Shown: one piece after another, positions 18,478 to 28,480 of the stretch
Position numbering within the stretch: position 1 is the first letter of the stretch
How the letters are laid out: the number at the start of each line of letters is the position of its first letter
Source: Alphaproteobacteria bacterium
GTDB taxonomy: Bacteria > Pseudomonadota > Alphaproteobacteria > UBA828
NCBI GenBank assembly: GCA_965220745.1
Contig: CBDCQT010000012.1
Location: forward strand, 608,001 to 672,000
DNA length: 64,000 bases
Direction of reading: 5' to 3'
Made by a program: the position numbers and the translations under genes
Notes under the pieces: generated by a model
Told to the model about the DNA's origin: nothing
Database searches by the model: none
What the model saw: the letters and a program-made list of their open reading frames with translations, nothing else

Positions 18478-19857
18478 ATGCGCTTCCCGCTGTTGCTGCT
18501 CACCCCCATCGCGCTCGCGGTCGCGCTCTTCGCCGCGGCCCCGGCGCACGCGCACATGACGGCCGACGAGGTGCCTTCGCTGGCACCGCTCGTGAAGGAG
18601 AGCGCGCCGGCGGTGGTCAACATCAGGACCGTGGGCCAACTGGAGGAGGCGCCGCAGCATCCCTTCTTCGACAATCCGTTTTTCGAGCGCTTCTTCGGCG
18701 AGCGTGAGCGCGAGCGCCCGCGGCGCCGCCAGCCGCGCCGCAGCCAGGCGGCCGGCTCGGGTGTGATCGTGGACGCGGAGCAGGGCTATCTGCTCACCAA
18801 CCAGCACGTGATCGCGGACGCGCACGAGATCGCCGTGACCCTCACCGATGGCCGCAGATTCGAGGCCGAGGTGGTGGGCGCCGATCCGGGGACCGACGTG
18901 GCGTTGCTCAAGATCGACGCGGACTCGCTTTCCGCCATGCCGCTCGCCGATTCGGACGCATTGCAGGTGGGCGACTACGTCGTCGCCATCGGCAACCCGT
19001 TCGGGCTCGGCCAGACCGTCACTGCCGGTATCGTGAGCGCGGTCGGCCGTTCGGGTCTAGGCATCGAATCCTATGAGGACTTCATTCAGACCGACGCCGC
19101 CATCAACTTCGGCAATTCGGGCGGCGCGCTCATGAATCTCAAGGGCGAGCTCGTCGGCATCAACACCGCCATCTTCGCGCGGGCCGGCGGCAACATCGGC
19201 ATCGGCTTCGCGATCCCGATCAACATGGCCCGCCAGATCATGGACCAGCTCCTCACCCACGGTGAAATCCAGCGCGGCCGCATCGGCGTGCAGATTCAGG
19301 ACCTGACGCCCGATCTCGCCGAGGCGCTCGGCACCTCCCACCAAAAAGGCGCCGTGGTGGCCCAGGTAATCCCAGGAACGCCGTCGGAGGCGGCAGGGAT
19401 CCAACCCGGCGACGTGGTCGTCGGGATGAATGGTGAGCCGGTCTCTGGCTCGTCCGACCTCCGCAACATGGTCGGCATGCTGCGGGTGGGCGATGCGGTT
19501 CAGCTCACCATCGTCCGCGAGGGAGAGACGATGACGATCGATCTCGCGGTCGGCGAAATCGGCGAGGTGGCGCTGGGCGCCGGGAGCCAGATCCCCCAGC
19601 TCGAGGGCGCGGTGTTCGGGCCGCTCGGCTCATCCTCGCCGCTCTACGGCAAGGTGAAGGGCGTGCTCGTCGTCAGCGTCGAGGCCGATACGCCCGCCTG
19701 GGACGCGGGGCTTCGCGAGGATGATGTTATCACCTCGGTTAACCGCCGCCCGGTGGAGACTCCCAACGAAATCATCCAGGTGGTGGAGGAGACCGGGCTC
19801 CCGATCCTGATGAACGTCAGGCGTGGCGACGGGGCACTATTCCTGTTGATCCGCTGA
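18478..19857 (+). CDS. degQ: DegP/DegQ (HtrA) periplasmic serine endoprotease with two PDZ domains
   Basis: Signal peptide, [42 protein letters not shown]. Confidence 0.92.
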   Translation: MRFPLLLLTPIALAVALFAAAPAHAHMTADEVPSLAPLVKESAPAVVNIRTVGQLEEAPQHPFFDNPFFERFFGERERERPRRRQPRRSQAAGSGVIVDAEQGYLLTNQHVIADAHEIAVTLTDGRRFEAEVVGADPGTDVALLKIDADSLSAMPLADSDALQVGDYVVAIGNPFGLGQTVTAGIVSAVGRSGLGIESYEDFIQTDAAINFGNSGGALMNLKGELVGINTAIFARAGGNIGIGFAIPINMARQIMDQLLTHGEIQRGRIGVQIQDLTPDLAEALGTSHQKGAVVAQVIPGTPSEAAGIQPGDVVVGMNGEPVSGSSDLRNMVGMLRVGDAVQLTIVREGETMTIDLAVGEIGEVALGAGSQIPQLEGAVFGPLGSSSPLYGKVKGVLVVSVEADTPAWDAGLREDDVITSVNRRPVETPNEIIQVVEETGLPILMNVRRGDGALFLLIR

Positions 19858-19895
19858 CGTTCTGCCGCAGCCGAGCGTTCGCGTGTGCCGCACGC

Positions 19896-20663
19896 TCAGG
19901 CGGTGATGCGCATCTGGATGGGGCCTTCGGCGCGCTGGTTGATCAGTTGGTCCAGGTAGGCGTTGCCGCTCTCGTCGATCTCGTCGGGTGCGCCCTGCCA
20001 CATGATCGTGCCCTCGTGCAGCATGGCGAGGCGGTCGAAGCTGCGCCGGGCGATCGCCATGTCGCTGGTCACGGTGAGCGCGGTCGCGCCGCTCCGTTCG
20101 ATGGCGCCCTGGATGAGCGAGACGATCGTGCCGGTCAGGATCGGGTCGAGCCCGGCGGTGGGGTCGTCGAGCACGAGAAATCGGGGCTCGGCGGCGATCG
20201 CGCGGCCCAGTGCCACGCGCTTCTGCATCCCACCGGAAAGCTCCGCCGGCGACAGGTCAGCCACGTCGGGTTTGAGCCCCACCGAGGCGAGGGTTTCGAG
20301 CGCCCGGTCTCTGGCGGTGCGCCGGTTCATCCCATGGCCGTGGATCAGGGTGAAGGCCACGTTCTCCCACACGGTGAGACTGTCGAAGAGCGCGTTCTGC
20401 TGAAACAGGACGCCGACGTCGCGCATCAGGCGCTCCAGCCCGCTCTTGTCGAGGGTCGCGAGAGCGGTGTCGCCGTAGCGGACGCTGCCACCGTCCATCG
20501 GCAGCAGCCCGAGCAGGCATTTCAGCAGCACCGACTTGCCACCCGAGGAGGGGCCCACCAGAACGGTCGAGCGCCCCTCCGGCACGTCGAGATCGGCGCC
20601 GCGCAGCACCGGCTTGCCGTCGAACGCCTTGACCACGCCGCGCGCCGTGACCGTAATGCTCAT
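19896..20663 (-). CDS. MlaF-like ABC ATP-binding protein with degenerate catalytic motifs
   Basis: FQQNALFDSLTVWENV, PAELSGGMQKRV, C-terminal AEGPI; Walker A GPSSGGKS, Walker B VLDDP, switch TSD. Confidence 0.85.
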   Translation of the reverse strand: MSITVTARGVVKAFDGKPVLRGADLDVPEGRSTVLVGPSSGGKSVLLKCLLGLLPMDGGSVRYGDTALATLDKSGLERLMRDVGVLFQQNALFDSLTVWENVAFTLIHGHGMNRRTARDRALETLASVGLKPDVADLSPAELSGGMQKRVALGRAIAAEPRFLVLDDPTAGLDPILTGTIVSLIQGAIERSGATALTVTSDMAIARRSFDRLAMLHEGTIMWQGAPDEIDESGNAYLDQLINQRAEGPIQMRITA

Positions 20664-20754
20664 GGCACGTCTCTAGCGCGGCCCGCGCCTAAAGTCGAAC
20701 CACACCCTGGGGAGAGGTCGGTGTCCTGCCGGCTGACAAGTGAGGACTCCGGAC

Positions 20755-22011
20755 ATGTCAAACGACACGCTGCTTGAACGCCGGCACCGGCTGCTGGGCG
20801 CCGGCGCGCCGCTCTTCTACGACCGTCCGCTCCACCTGGTGAAAGGGGAGGGGGTCCGGGTCTGGGACAGCGACGGGCGCGTCTACCTCGACGCCTACAA
20901 CAACGTGCCCCACGTCGGCCACTGCCATCCCCACGTGGTGGAGGCGCTGGCGAATCAGGCCGGTCGGCTCAATCTCTCCACCCGCTATCTGGACGAGCGC
21001 ATCCTCGACTACGGCGAGGCCCTGACGGCCACCTTTGCGGACGAGCTCTCCCGCGTCTCGCTGGTCTGCTCGGGCACCGAGGCCAGCGAGCTCGCGCTCA
21101 GAATGGCCCGCGCCTGCACCGGCAACGAGGGCGTCATCGTCACCGACTTCTGCTACCACGGGAACTCCGCCGTGGTCGCCGGGCTCTGCACTGCGTTCGC
21201 GATGCCCGAGGGCATCGACACCAGGGTGCGCACGATCAGAGTCCCCGAGGCCGACGACGACCCGGCCGAGGCGGCGGCCGAGGTGGAGGCGGCCATCGCC
21301 TCGATGGCCGAGGCCGGCATGAAGCCCGCCGCGATCTTTTTCGACACGATATTCGCGACCGAGGGCATGCCGGCCGTGCCCGTGGGTTACGTAGAGCAGG
21401 CCGTCGCGCTCACCCGCCAAGCCGGCGGGCTCTACATCGCGGACGAGGTGCAGCCGGGCCTCGGCCGCACGGGCGCTGGAATGTGGGGGCATCAGCTCTA
21501 TGGCGCCGTACCGGACCTCGTGACCCTCGGCAAGCCGCTCGGCAACGGCCATCCGCTCGCGGGCGTTGTTGCCCAGCCTGACCTGATCGACGGTTTCGCG
21601 GACAAGGCGATGTACTTCAACACCTTCGGCGGCAATCCGGTGTCCTGCGCGGTGGGGCATGCGGTGCTGGAAGTGGTCGAGCAGGAACGCCTCATGGAGA
21701 ACGCGCGCAAGGTCGGCGCGCATCTGCAGGAGGGGCTGCTGGCTCTCGGCAACAAGCACGCCATAATCGGCGCGCCGCGCGGGCGGGGTCTCTTCACAGG
21801 CGTTCCGTTCTTCGCCGACGGGGACAGGGAAACGCCGGCGCCGGAGCTGACCAAGGCTGCCGTGAACGGGATGCGCGAGCGCGGCGTGCTGATCAGCCGC
21901 ACCGGCCGGCATGACCACGTGCTCAAGATTCGCCCGCCCATGCCGTTTTCCACTGCCGATGCGGATCAGCTTCTCGCCGCCCTCGACGAAACCCTTGATT
22001 CGCTCGCGTGA
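20755..22011 (+). CDS. Class III PLP-dependent aminotransferase family protein (AGXT2L/phospho-lyase-like)
   Basis: YLDAYNNVPHVGHCHP, YHGNS, ADEVQPGLGRTG, TLGKPLGNGHP, YFNTFGGNP, LKIRPP. Confidence 0.88.
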   Translation: MSNDTLLERRHRLLGAGAPLFYDRPLHLVKGEGVRVWDSDGRVYLDAYNNVPHVGHCHPHVVEALANQAGRLNLSTRYLDERILDYGEALTATFADELSRVSLVCSGTEASELALRMARACTGNEGVIVTDFCYHGNSAVVAGLCTAFAMPEGIDTRVRTIRVPEADDDPAEAAAEVEAAIASMAEAGMKPAAIFFDTIFATEGMPAVPVGYVEQAVALTRQAGGLYIADEVQPGLGRTGAGMWGHQLYGAVPDLVTLGKPLGNGHPLAGVVAQPDLIDGFADKAMYFNTFGGNPVSCAVGHAVLEVVEQERLMENARKVGAHLQEGLLALGNKHAIIGAPRGRGLFTGVPFFADGDRETPAPELTKAAVNGMRERGVLISRTGRHDHVLKIRPPMPFSTADADQLLAALDETLDSLA

Positions 22012-22021
22012 CCACGCGCCC

Positions 22022-23041
22022 ATGACCGACTTCTATCGCCTGCCGCTCGATGAGCGGGCCGAGCGCCTGCGCGCGCTCGCCGTCGAGGCTCTCCTCCTCT
22101 GGGGCGTGGAGGGATGCGAGCCCGAGATCGTCAAGTTTCGCGAGAATGCGATCTTCCGGGTGGTTTCAGCGGATGGGGACGACGCAGTGCTCCGTGTTCA
22201 CCGGCACGGCTACCACAGCGACGCGGCGCTCCGCTCCGAGCTCACCTGGATGGAGGCGCTGCACGCCGAAGGCATCGACGCGCCGGCGGTGATCCCGAGC
22301 GCCGCCGGCGAGCGGTTCGAGACAGTGCGGACCGCCGGCGTGCCGGAGCCCCATCAGGTGGACATGCTGACCTGGATGCCCGGCATCCCCATCGGCACCC
22401 TCGAGGAGGGCCTGAACCCGGCGATCGGAGACGTGCACGCGGCTTTCGTCGGGGTCGGCCGCCTTTGCGCCCGTCTTCACAATCAGACCGAAGCGTGGCC
22501 GCTGCCGGCCGGATTCACCCGCCATGCCTGGGATCGCGACGGGCTCGTGGGCCCGGAGCCGCTCTGGGGCCGGTTCTGGGAGTCCACCGCGCTCGGCGCC
22601 GAGGAGCGCCGCCTGATCGATCGCGCCCGCGCCAGCGTTCACGAGGCGCTGACGGCCTACGGCCGCTCTCCGCGCCGCTACGGCCTGATTCACGCAGACT
22701 TCAACCTCGACAACATGCTGCTCGACGGCGACCGGGTGATCCCCCTCGACTTCGATGATTGCGGCTTCGGCTGGCACCTCTTCGACCTGGCGACGGTCTG
22801 GACGATGTTCCACGGCAGCGATCTGGCCGAGGCTATCCGTGCCGGGGTCGTCGAGGGCTACCGCCGCCACCGCGCCCTGCCGGACGAGGAGCTCGCTCAC
22901 CTGTCGCTCTTCGAGCTTGCGCGCGCCTTCAGCTACCTCGGCTGGGTCCATACGCGGTCGGAAACCGCAAGCGCGAAAAGCTTGGCGCCCGAAGTCGCCC
23001 GGCTCGCATGCACCCTGGCGGAAGAATATCTTCGCGGGTAG
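22022..23041 (+). CDS. Aminoglycoside-phosphotransferase-family small-molecule kinase
   Basis: RENAIFRV, LRVHR.GYH, SELTWM, IHADFNLDN, LDFDDCGFGW. Confidence 0.87.
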   Translation: MTDFYRLPLDERAERLRALAVEALLLWGVEGCEPEIVKFRENAIFRVVSADGDDAVLRVHRHGYHSDAALRSELTWMEALHAEGIDAPAVIPSAAGERFETVRTAGVPEPHQVDMLTWMPGIPIGTLEEGLNPAIGDVHAAFVGVGRLCARLHNQTEAWPLPAGFTRHAWDRDGLVGPEPLWGRFWESTALGAEERRLIDRARASVHEALTAYGRSPRRYGLIHADFNLDNMLLDGDRVIPLDFDDCGFGWHLFDLATVWTMFHGSDLAEAIRAGVVEGYRRHRALPDEELAHLSLFELARAFSYLGWVHTRSETASAKSLAPEVARLACTLAEEYLRG

Positions 23042-23050
23042 CCGGCCGGC

Positions 23051-24166
23051 TTACGGGAAGAGGGTGAGCACGCCGGTGTAGCCGTAGAGCCGGTTGTGCG
23101 AAATCTCGCCGTTGCAGAAGAAGCCTACCAGCGGCACGTCGCCGAGAGTGCGCTCGATCAGCCGCAGTTCCTCGGACGTTTCGCCGAACATGTTGGGGCC
23201 GCGGGCGAGGCAACTGAAGTAGAGGGCGCCACGCGGCTCGGCGCCGGCCCGGCGCTTCACCGACTCCACCATGCGGTCGAGATCGTGCTCTGCGGCGGCC
23301 GCGTCCCGGCGGCAGAACTGCACCTGGGTGCCGCGTTCCACCAGCTCACCGATGCCGATCAGCCCCCGGTCGACGTCGAAGCCGACGATGTTGCGCACCA
23401 GGTAGTCGCCGGTGTCGCTGCCCGAAACCGGGAGGGCCGCGAAGATGAGGCCGCCGACCCGACGCAGGTCGCTGGCGAGCTCCTCGCCGATCTCCTCCTT
23501 GAAAACCTCCAGCGCCGGTCGGCCGTCGAGCTCGATCAGGATGTTGGCCCGGCAGTCGGTGATCTCGTGGATCGCGCCGATGGGCATGCAGCTCTGGCTG
23601 AGCGCGGTGGCGACGGAGACGGTGTCCGACAGGAGGACGCCGGAGACCCCGCCCTCGGTAACGCCGCCCGCGATCTGCGCCGGCACCGCGCGCGACGACG
23701 AGAGCCCACCGACCAGGAAGCCGTCCAGCTCGTCGGCGAGATCCGCAACGATATCGCCCGTGCGCTGGTTGCGCGGGTCGGCGTGAACGATGCCGAAGTG
23801 TGCGGGCGAGCGGGCAATCCACGCGCCGTTCGAGCGGCTGAACTCGCCGAGGTCGTCGCGGATGGTCTCGAAGACCCGGTAACTCTGCTGATCGAGGTCC
23901 GCAATCATGACCGCCGCCGCGGGCTCGTCGAAATACTCCCGCCCGGTGGCGCAGATTCCGATGCCGACCGAGCCCACCCACTCGTCGAGGCCGGTCGCGC
24001 GCTTGAGCCGGTCCAGAGCCGCGGGCAAGTGGTCGCCAATCGCGTCGGTCACGTAGAGCATGCCGAGGCCCTGCTGCGGCAGCGTGGGGCCCAACTGCTG
24101 GATGCAGGCCTCGATGGCGGCTTCGCCGGTCGGCCCGCCGGCGTGGGCGAAATGAAATCGCGTCAT
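23051..24166 (-). CDS. FIST domain sensory protein
   Basis: FLVGGLSS, SQSCMPIG, ELDGRPAL, YLVRNIVG, YFSCLARG, GFFCNGEI...LYGYT. Confidence 0.9.
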   Translation of the reverse strand: MTRFHFAHAGGPTGEAAIEACIQQLGPTLPQQGLGMLYVTDAIGDHLPAALDRLKRATGLDEWVGSVGIGICATGREYFDEPAAAVMIADLDQQSYRVFETIRDDLGEFSRSNGAWIARSPAHFGIVHADPRNQRTGDIVADLADELDGFLVGGLSSSRAVPAQIAGGVTEGGVSGVLLSDTVSVATALSQSCMPIGAIHEITDCRANILIELDGRPALEVFKEEIGEELASDLRRVGGLIFAALPVSGSDTGDYLVRNIVGFDVDRGLIGIGELVERGTQVQFCRRDAAAAEHDLDRMVESVKRRAGAEPRGALYFSCLARGPNMFGETSEELRLIERTLGDVPLVGFFCNGEISHNRLYGYTGVLTLFP

Positions 24167-24205
24167 CCTCTGCGTCCCGGCGCTGTGGCGCAGCTAATGG
24201 TGCGC

Positions 24206-25552
24206 TTACTCGCCCGCTTCCTGCAAGCGGGCGCCGCACCACGCCGCCGCGCGCAGCGTCGTCGCGTCGGCGCCTAAGCGTCCCACCACCTGCAGGCCGA
24301 GCGGCAGCCCGTCCACCCAAAGCTCGGGAACGTTGACCGCCGGCACGCCGAGCATGGTCCAGAGCATGGTCTGCAGGCGGCTGCCGGTGAAGGCCAGGCC
24401 CTCGGGCGCAGCACCCGGCGCGGCGGGGGTGAGCGCCGCATCGTAGGGCCGCATGGCGTGCTCGAACGCGCGCCGCATCGCGTCCGCCGCGTCGAGCAGG
24501 GCGAGATAGGCGTCGGTATCGATTTCCCGGCCCGCTTCGATGTGGGCGCGTATGGTATCGGAAAGGTCTGCGGCGCCGCGCTCGTACCAGGGCGCAAGCG
24601 CGTGGGCGATCTCGCGCCGCATGATGCCGAGATGCACCGCTGCCGCGTCGTCGAAGGGAGAGTCGAGGGTGAGCGGCGCCGCGCCACACGCTTCCGCCGC
24701 GGCCTCGTAGGCCGCTGCGGCGTCCGGCTCGACCTCCTCCCAGGCCGGTTGTCTGATGAAGGCAAGCCGGGGTGGCCCAAGAGGCAGAGCGAGGGCGGCG
24801 GCGAGGCGAGTCGGCGCGCGTCTGGCGCTTGCCTGATCCACCCCGTCGTCGCCGGAGATTGCGTCGATGCCGAGCGCCACGTCCTGCACCGAGCCCGCGA
24901 GCACGCCGACGTGGTCGAGGGTGCGCGACAGCCGAGTGACTCCGGTGCGGGGGATCGTGCCGAAGCTCGGCTTCATGCCCCAGACGCCGCAGAAGGCCGC
25001 AGGCCGCACGACCGAGCCGGCAGTCTGGGTGCCGAGCGCCAGCGGCACGCCGCCGGCCGCCACTGTCGCGGCCGAGCCCGAAGAAGAGCCGCCGGGCGTG
25101 CGTGCTGGATCGTGGGGGTTGCGGGTGGCGTTGGCGGCACCGCAGGCAAGCTCGGTGGTTACGGTCTTGCCGAGGATCAGCGCGCCCGCCGCGCGCAGCC
25201 GGCTGACGACCGTGGCATCCGCGCGCGGCCGGCGTCCTTTGTCGAGCGGCGTGCCGTTCTCGGTCGGTTGGTCGGCGGTATCGATGATGTCCTTGACGGC
25301 CACCGGAACGCCCGCGAGCAACCCGCGCGCGCCGGCAGCGTCAATCGCTTGCGCCCGCGCCGCAGCCTCGGCGGGGTCGAGATGGCACCACGCCCGAACC
25401 GCAGACTCGGTCGCGGCAACGCGGTCCAGCGCCGCAGCACAGGCCGCCGCCGTGCTCTCGCGCCCGGCCCGTACCCCGGCTGCAATCTCATCCGCGCTCG
25501 GGCATTGCGGCAGCGCAGGCGCCGCCAATTCGCTCCTATCGGTCGTCGTCAT
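24206..25552 (-). CDS. Amidase signature family protein
   Basis: GVPVAVKD, GKTVTTE, TPGGSSSGSAA, GTQTAGSVVRPA. Confidence 0.9.
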   Translation of the reverse strand: MTTTDRSELAAPALPQCPSADEIAAGVRAGRESTAAACAAALDRVAATESAVRAWCHLDPAEAAARAQAIDAAGARGLLAGVPVAVKDIIDTADQPTENGTPLDKGRRPRADATVVSRLRAAGALILGKTVTTELACGAANATRNPHDPARTPGGSSSGSAATVAAGGVPLALGTQTAGSVVRPAAFCGVWGMKPSFGTIPRTGVTRLSRTLDHVGVLAGSVQDVALGIDAISGDDGVDQASARRAPTRLAAALALPLGPPRLAFIRQPAWEEVEPDAAAAYEAAAEACGAAPLTLDSPFDDAAAVHLGIMRREIAHALAPWYERGAADLSDTIRAHIEAGREIDTDAYLALLDAADAMRRAFEHAMRPYDAALTPAAPGAAPEGLAFTGSRLQTMLWTMLGVPAVNVPELWVDGLPLGLQVVGRLGADATTLRAAAWCGARLQEAGE

Positions 25553-25653
25553 TGTGTGCTCACCCGTGCGTTTTAGTCCTCGTCCTCGCCGTCCGGCCCC
25601 CGGCACTCTGCCGTTGCTTGGCAAGCATAGCGGGCAGGGCTATAAGCCGACGC

Positions 25654-26691
25654 ATGCTTGTCACCTTGGTTGACGATTCCATCCCATTCAACGGGATGAC
25701 CCCGGCATATCAACCCATCGGTGGCGCCGAAAAGGCGTTCGCCAGCTTGCCGGCTGCGCTCGCGCGCCAGGGCCACGTCGTGCGCGCGGTCAACCGAAGC
25801 CCCAACAGCCTCGGCTTCGAGAACGTAAGCTGGATTCACTGGGAGGGCCGCAAGCCGCCGATCACCGAGGTGCTGATCGCCTTTCGCAAGCCGGCGCTGC
25901 TCGAGTTCACGCGGGCAACGCGGGCGCGCATCCTCTGGGTCACCGGGCCGCCCGACTATCTCCACCGGCCGCCGGTTCACGAGGTGCTGAACCGCACGGA
26001 TGCCAAGCTCGTTTTTCTGGGCAATACCCATTCCGAAGCCTATCGGACCCAGGGCGAGAACCTGGTCTACTACCGCTCGATCGCGCCGGGCGTGCGCGAG
26101 GAATACCGCAGCAAAACCGAGATGTCTCCAGAGGATCCGCCGACTGCGGTGGTCACGACCCACCCCAAGCATGATCTCGACTGGCTGCTCGACTTGTGGA
26201 TCGAGCGGATTCGCCCGCAGGCGCCGAACGCCCAGTTGCAGGTTTATTCGGCCGCTTTCAAACGCGCCGAGACCGCCGGTGACGCTCTCGCCGACGATCT
26301 CAAGCCGATTTACGAGAAGGCGCGGGCAGGCGCCGACCACGGGGTGACGATCATGGCCCCGGCCGGCGACCGGGACATGGCGAAGGCCTACGCCCGCGCC
26401 CGGGTGCACCTCTATCCCGGCTCCGAACGCGAGATGTACTGCTCGACGTTGGCGGAATCGCAGGCCGTGGGCCTGCCGGCGGTGGCTCGGCCGGTCGGTT
26501 CCGTGAAAGAGCGCTTCACCGATCGTCAGTCGGGCTTTCTTGCGCCCGACGACGATGCCTTCGTGGAGAACGCGCTGGCCATGTTGAAGGACGACGAGGC
26601 CTTCCAGGCGGCGAGCAAGACCGCCACCCGGAGCGGCCGGGGACGAAGCTGGGATGCCGCAGCCACCGAGTTCGAAACGCTCTTCCGATGA
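25654..26691 (+). CDS. Glycosyltransferase, GT-B/family 4-like
   Basis: IGGAEKA, HLYPG..EMYCSTLAESQAVGLP (Ex7E-like motif). Confidence 0.8.
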   Translation: MLVTLVDDSIPFNGMTPAYQPIGGAEKAFASLPAALARQGHVVRAVNRSPNSLGFENVSWIHWEGRKPPITEVLIAFRKPALLEFTRATRARILWVTGPPDYLHRPPVHEVLNRTDAKLVFLGNTHSEAYRTQGENLVYYRSIAPGVREEYRSKTEMSPEDPPTAVVTTHPKHDLDWLLDLWIERIRPQAPNAQLQVYSAAFKRAETAGDALADDLKPIYEKARAGADHGVTIMAPAGDRDMAKAYARARVHLYPGSEREMYCSTLAESQAVGLPAVARPVGSVKERFTDRQSGFLAPDDDAFVENALAMLKDDEAFQAASKTATRSGRGRSWDAAATEFETLFR

Positions 26692-26746
26692 AGAGTTCCT
26701 TCATCGCCGCGACATGGAGGGGTGACGCGGACCTTTAGAAGCGTTG

Positions 26747-28480
26747 ATGGCCCGCCCGGACGACGCTGTCGCATTCGTGGTGCCGGTCTACAACAAGGCG
26801 CGCTGGCTGCCGCGCGTTTTGGAGCAGATCGCCGCGCAGCGCGGGAGCTTCGCCCGCGAATACATCTTCGTCGATGACGGCAGCACCGACGGGTCGCTGT
26901 CGGTCCTGAAGCGCCACACCGCGGGCTGGCGCAACGTCACGATCGTCGAGCAGCCGAACCACGGGCCGGCACACGCCACGAACCGGGGCATCGAGAGGGC
27001 GACGGCGCCCTTCATCAAGCTCTGCGACGCCGACGACCTGCTGGCCGACGATGCGACGGCGGTCTTGCTGGACGCTCTGTGCCGGGACGAAAGGCCGGTT
27101 CTCGCCTATGGCGGCGGCGAGGACTTCGATGACGAAGCGGATATCGTCCTGAACGCCCCGCTCGCGGGCGCCCCTGCCGCCGTCATCGCGAGGCCGCTCA
27201 GGCCGGCGCTCAGGCACAAATCCTTCGGGCCGGCCCAGTGCCTCATTCGGACCGCTGCGGCCCGAGACTGCGGCGGCTGCGACGAGCGCATTCCATTCGC
27301 ACAGGACTATACACTGGCGCTCAGGCTGACAGGGCAGGGGCCGTTCCTCCGCGTGGGGGCCACGGTCGCGTTCTTTCCGCGCGACGTGCCGGACCGGCTG
27401 AGCGCGGACACACCCCGTGAGTTACGCGATGCGACGACGACCCTCGCGCGTTTTGTCGAAGACCGACCGCAGCTCCCGTGGCGTCACAAGCAGTTCGCGT
27501 GCCGGCGGGCCGCAGGCCGGTGCCGCCGCTTCGCCGCCCGCAGCGGGGCAGGGGCGGGTGCACTGCGGCGCGGGAATGCACTCTACCGGCGCAGCCGCCT
27601 GCCGATCATGCGCAATCATGCCGTATTCATCGAGCGCTGTGCCGAGGTCATCGCAACGAGCGCTGGCACGGCGGGGCCATCGGCGCGCCCCCGCCTCTCG
27701 GCCCTTGTGGTCGCGCGCAACGAGCAAGAGCAACTCGCGGACTGCCTGGAGACGTTGCGCTTCGCCGACGAGATCGTGGTGGTGCTCGACCGCTGCGCCG
27801 ACGGCTCGCGGGCGATCGCGGAGCGCTACAGCCGGACGATCGTCGAGGGCGCCTGGTCGCTCGAAGGACCGCGCCGCCATGCCGGTATCGATGCCTGCAC
27901 GGGTGACTGGATCTTGGAGGTCGATGCCGACGAGCGGGTGCCCGAGGCGCTGGCGCGGGAAATCCGCGAGACCATCCGCGATGCGACGCCGGGCTACTTC
28001 ATGGTTCCGTTCGAGAACTTCGTCGGCGAGCGGCTGGTGCGCCACGGCTGGGGCGGCGTGTGGGGGGTCACGAAGACCGCGCGTCTGTTCACCCCTGGCG
28101 CCAAGCATTGGGGCGATCAACGCATCCACCCGCGGGTCGCTCTGCGAGGGCCGGAGCGCCGCTTGACGGCGGCCATGCATCACCATGTCGACCGGGATCT
28201 GGCGGACATGGTGGAGCGGCTGCAGCGCTACACCGACGCGCACGCCGCCGACCTGCGCGAGTCCGGCTCGCGCCTGCCGCCGTTGATCTGGACGTTCCGC
28301 CGCTCGCTCTCGCGCTTCCTGAAGTGCTACGTGAGCCGGCGCGGCTACCGCGAGGGTCGATTGGGATTTGCCATTGCGCTCATGGCCGCACTCTACCCGC
28401 TGCTTTCACACCTCAAGGCCGAGCTGGACGGGCGGGCCGCCGAGGAGGGGGGTCCTCCCGCCGGCCAAGGCCCTACATGA
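26747..28480 (+). CDS. Tandem fusion of two family-2 glycosyltransferase domains
   Basis: Domain 1 VVPVYN...VDDGSTDGS...DADD; domain 2 ALVVARNE..LADCL...DEIVVV...LEVDADE (WaaE/KdtX-like). Confidence 0.85.
   Translation: MARPDDAVAFVVPVYNKARWLPRVLEQIAAQRGSFAREYIFVDDGSTDGSLSVLKRHTAGWRNVTIVEQPNHGPAHATNRGIERATAPFIKLCDADDLLADDATAVLLDALCRDERPVLAYGGGEDFDDEADIVLNAPLAGAPAAVIARPLRPALRHKSFGPAQCLIRTAAARDCGGCDERIPFAQDYTLALRLTGQGPFLRVGATVAFFPRDVPDRLSADTPRELRDATTTLARFVEDRPQLPWRHKQFACRRAAGRCRRFAARSGAGAGALRRGNALYRRSRLPIMRNHAVFIERCAEVIATSAGTAGPSARPRLSALVVARNEQEQLADCLETLRFADEIVVVLDRCADGSRAIAERYSRTIVEGAWSLEGPRRHAGIDACTGDWILEVDADERVPEALAREIRETIRDATPGYFMVPFENFVGERLVRHGWGGVWGVTKTARLFTPGAKHWGDQRIHPRVALRGPERRLTAAMHHHVDRDLADMVERLQRYTDAHAADLRESGSRLPPLIWTFRRSLSRFLKCYVSRRGYREGRLGFAIALMAALYPLLSHLKAELDGRAAEEGGPPAGQGPT

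Noticed and set aside
18096-18674. Several ORFs across the deacetylase-degQ gap, including the 18229 start for degQ
   Set aside because: They derive from the MITE; the degQ signal peptide begins at 18478
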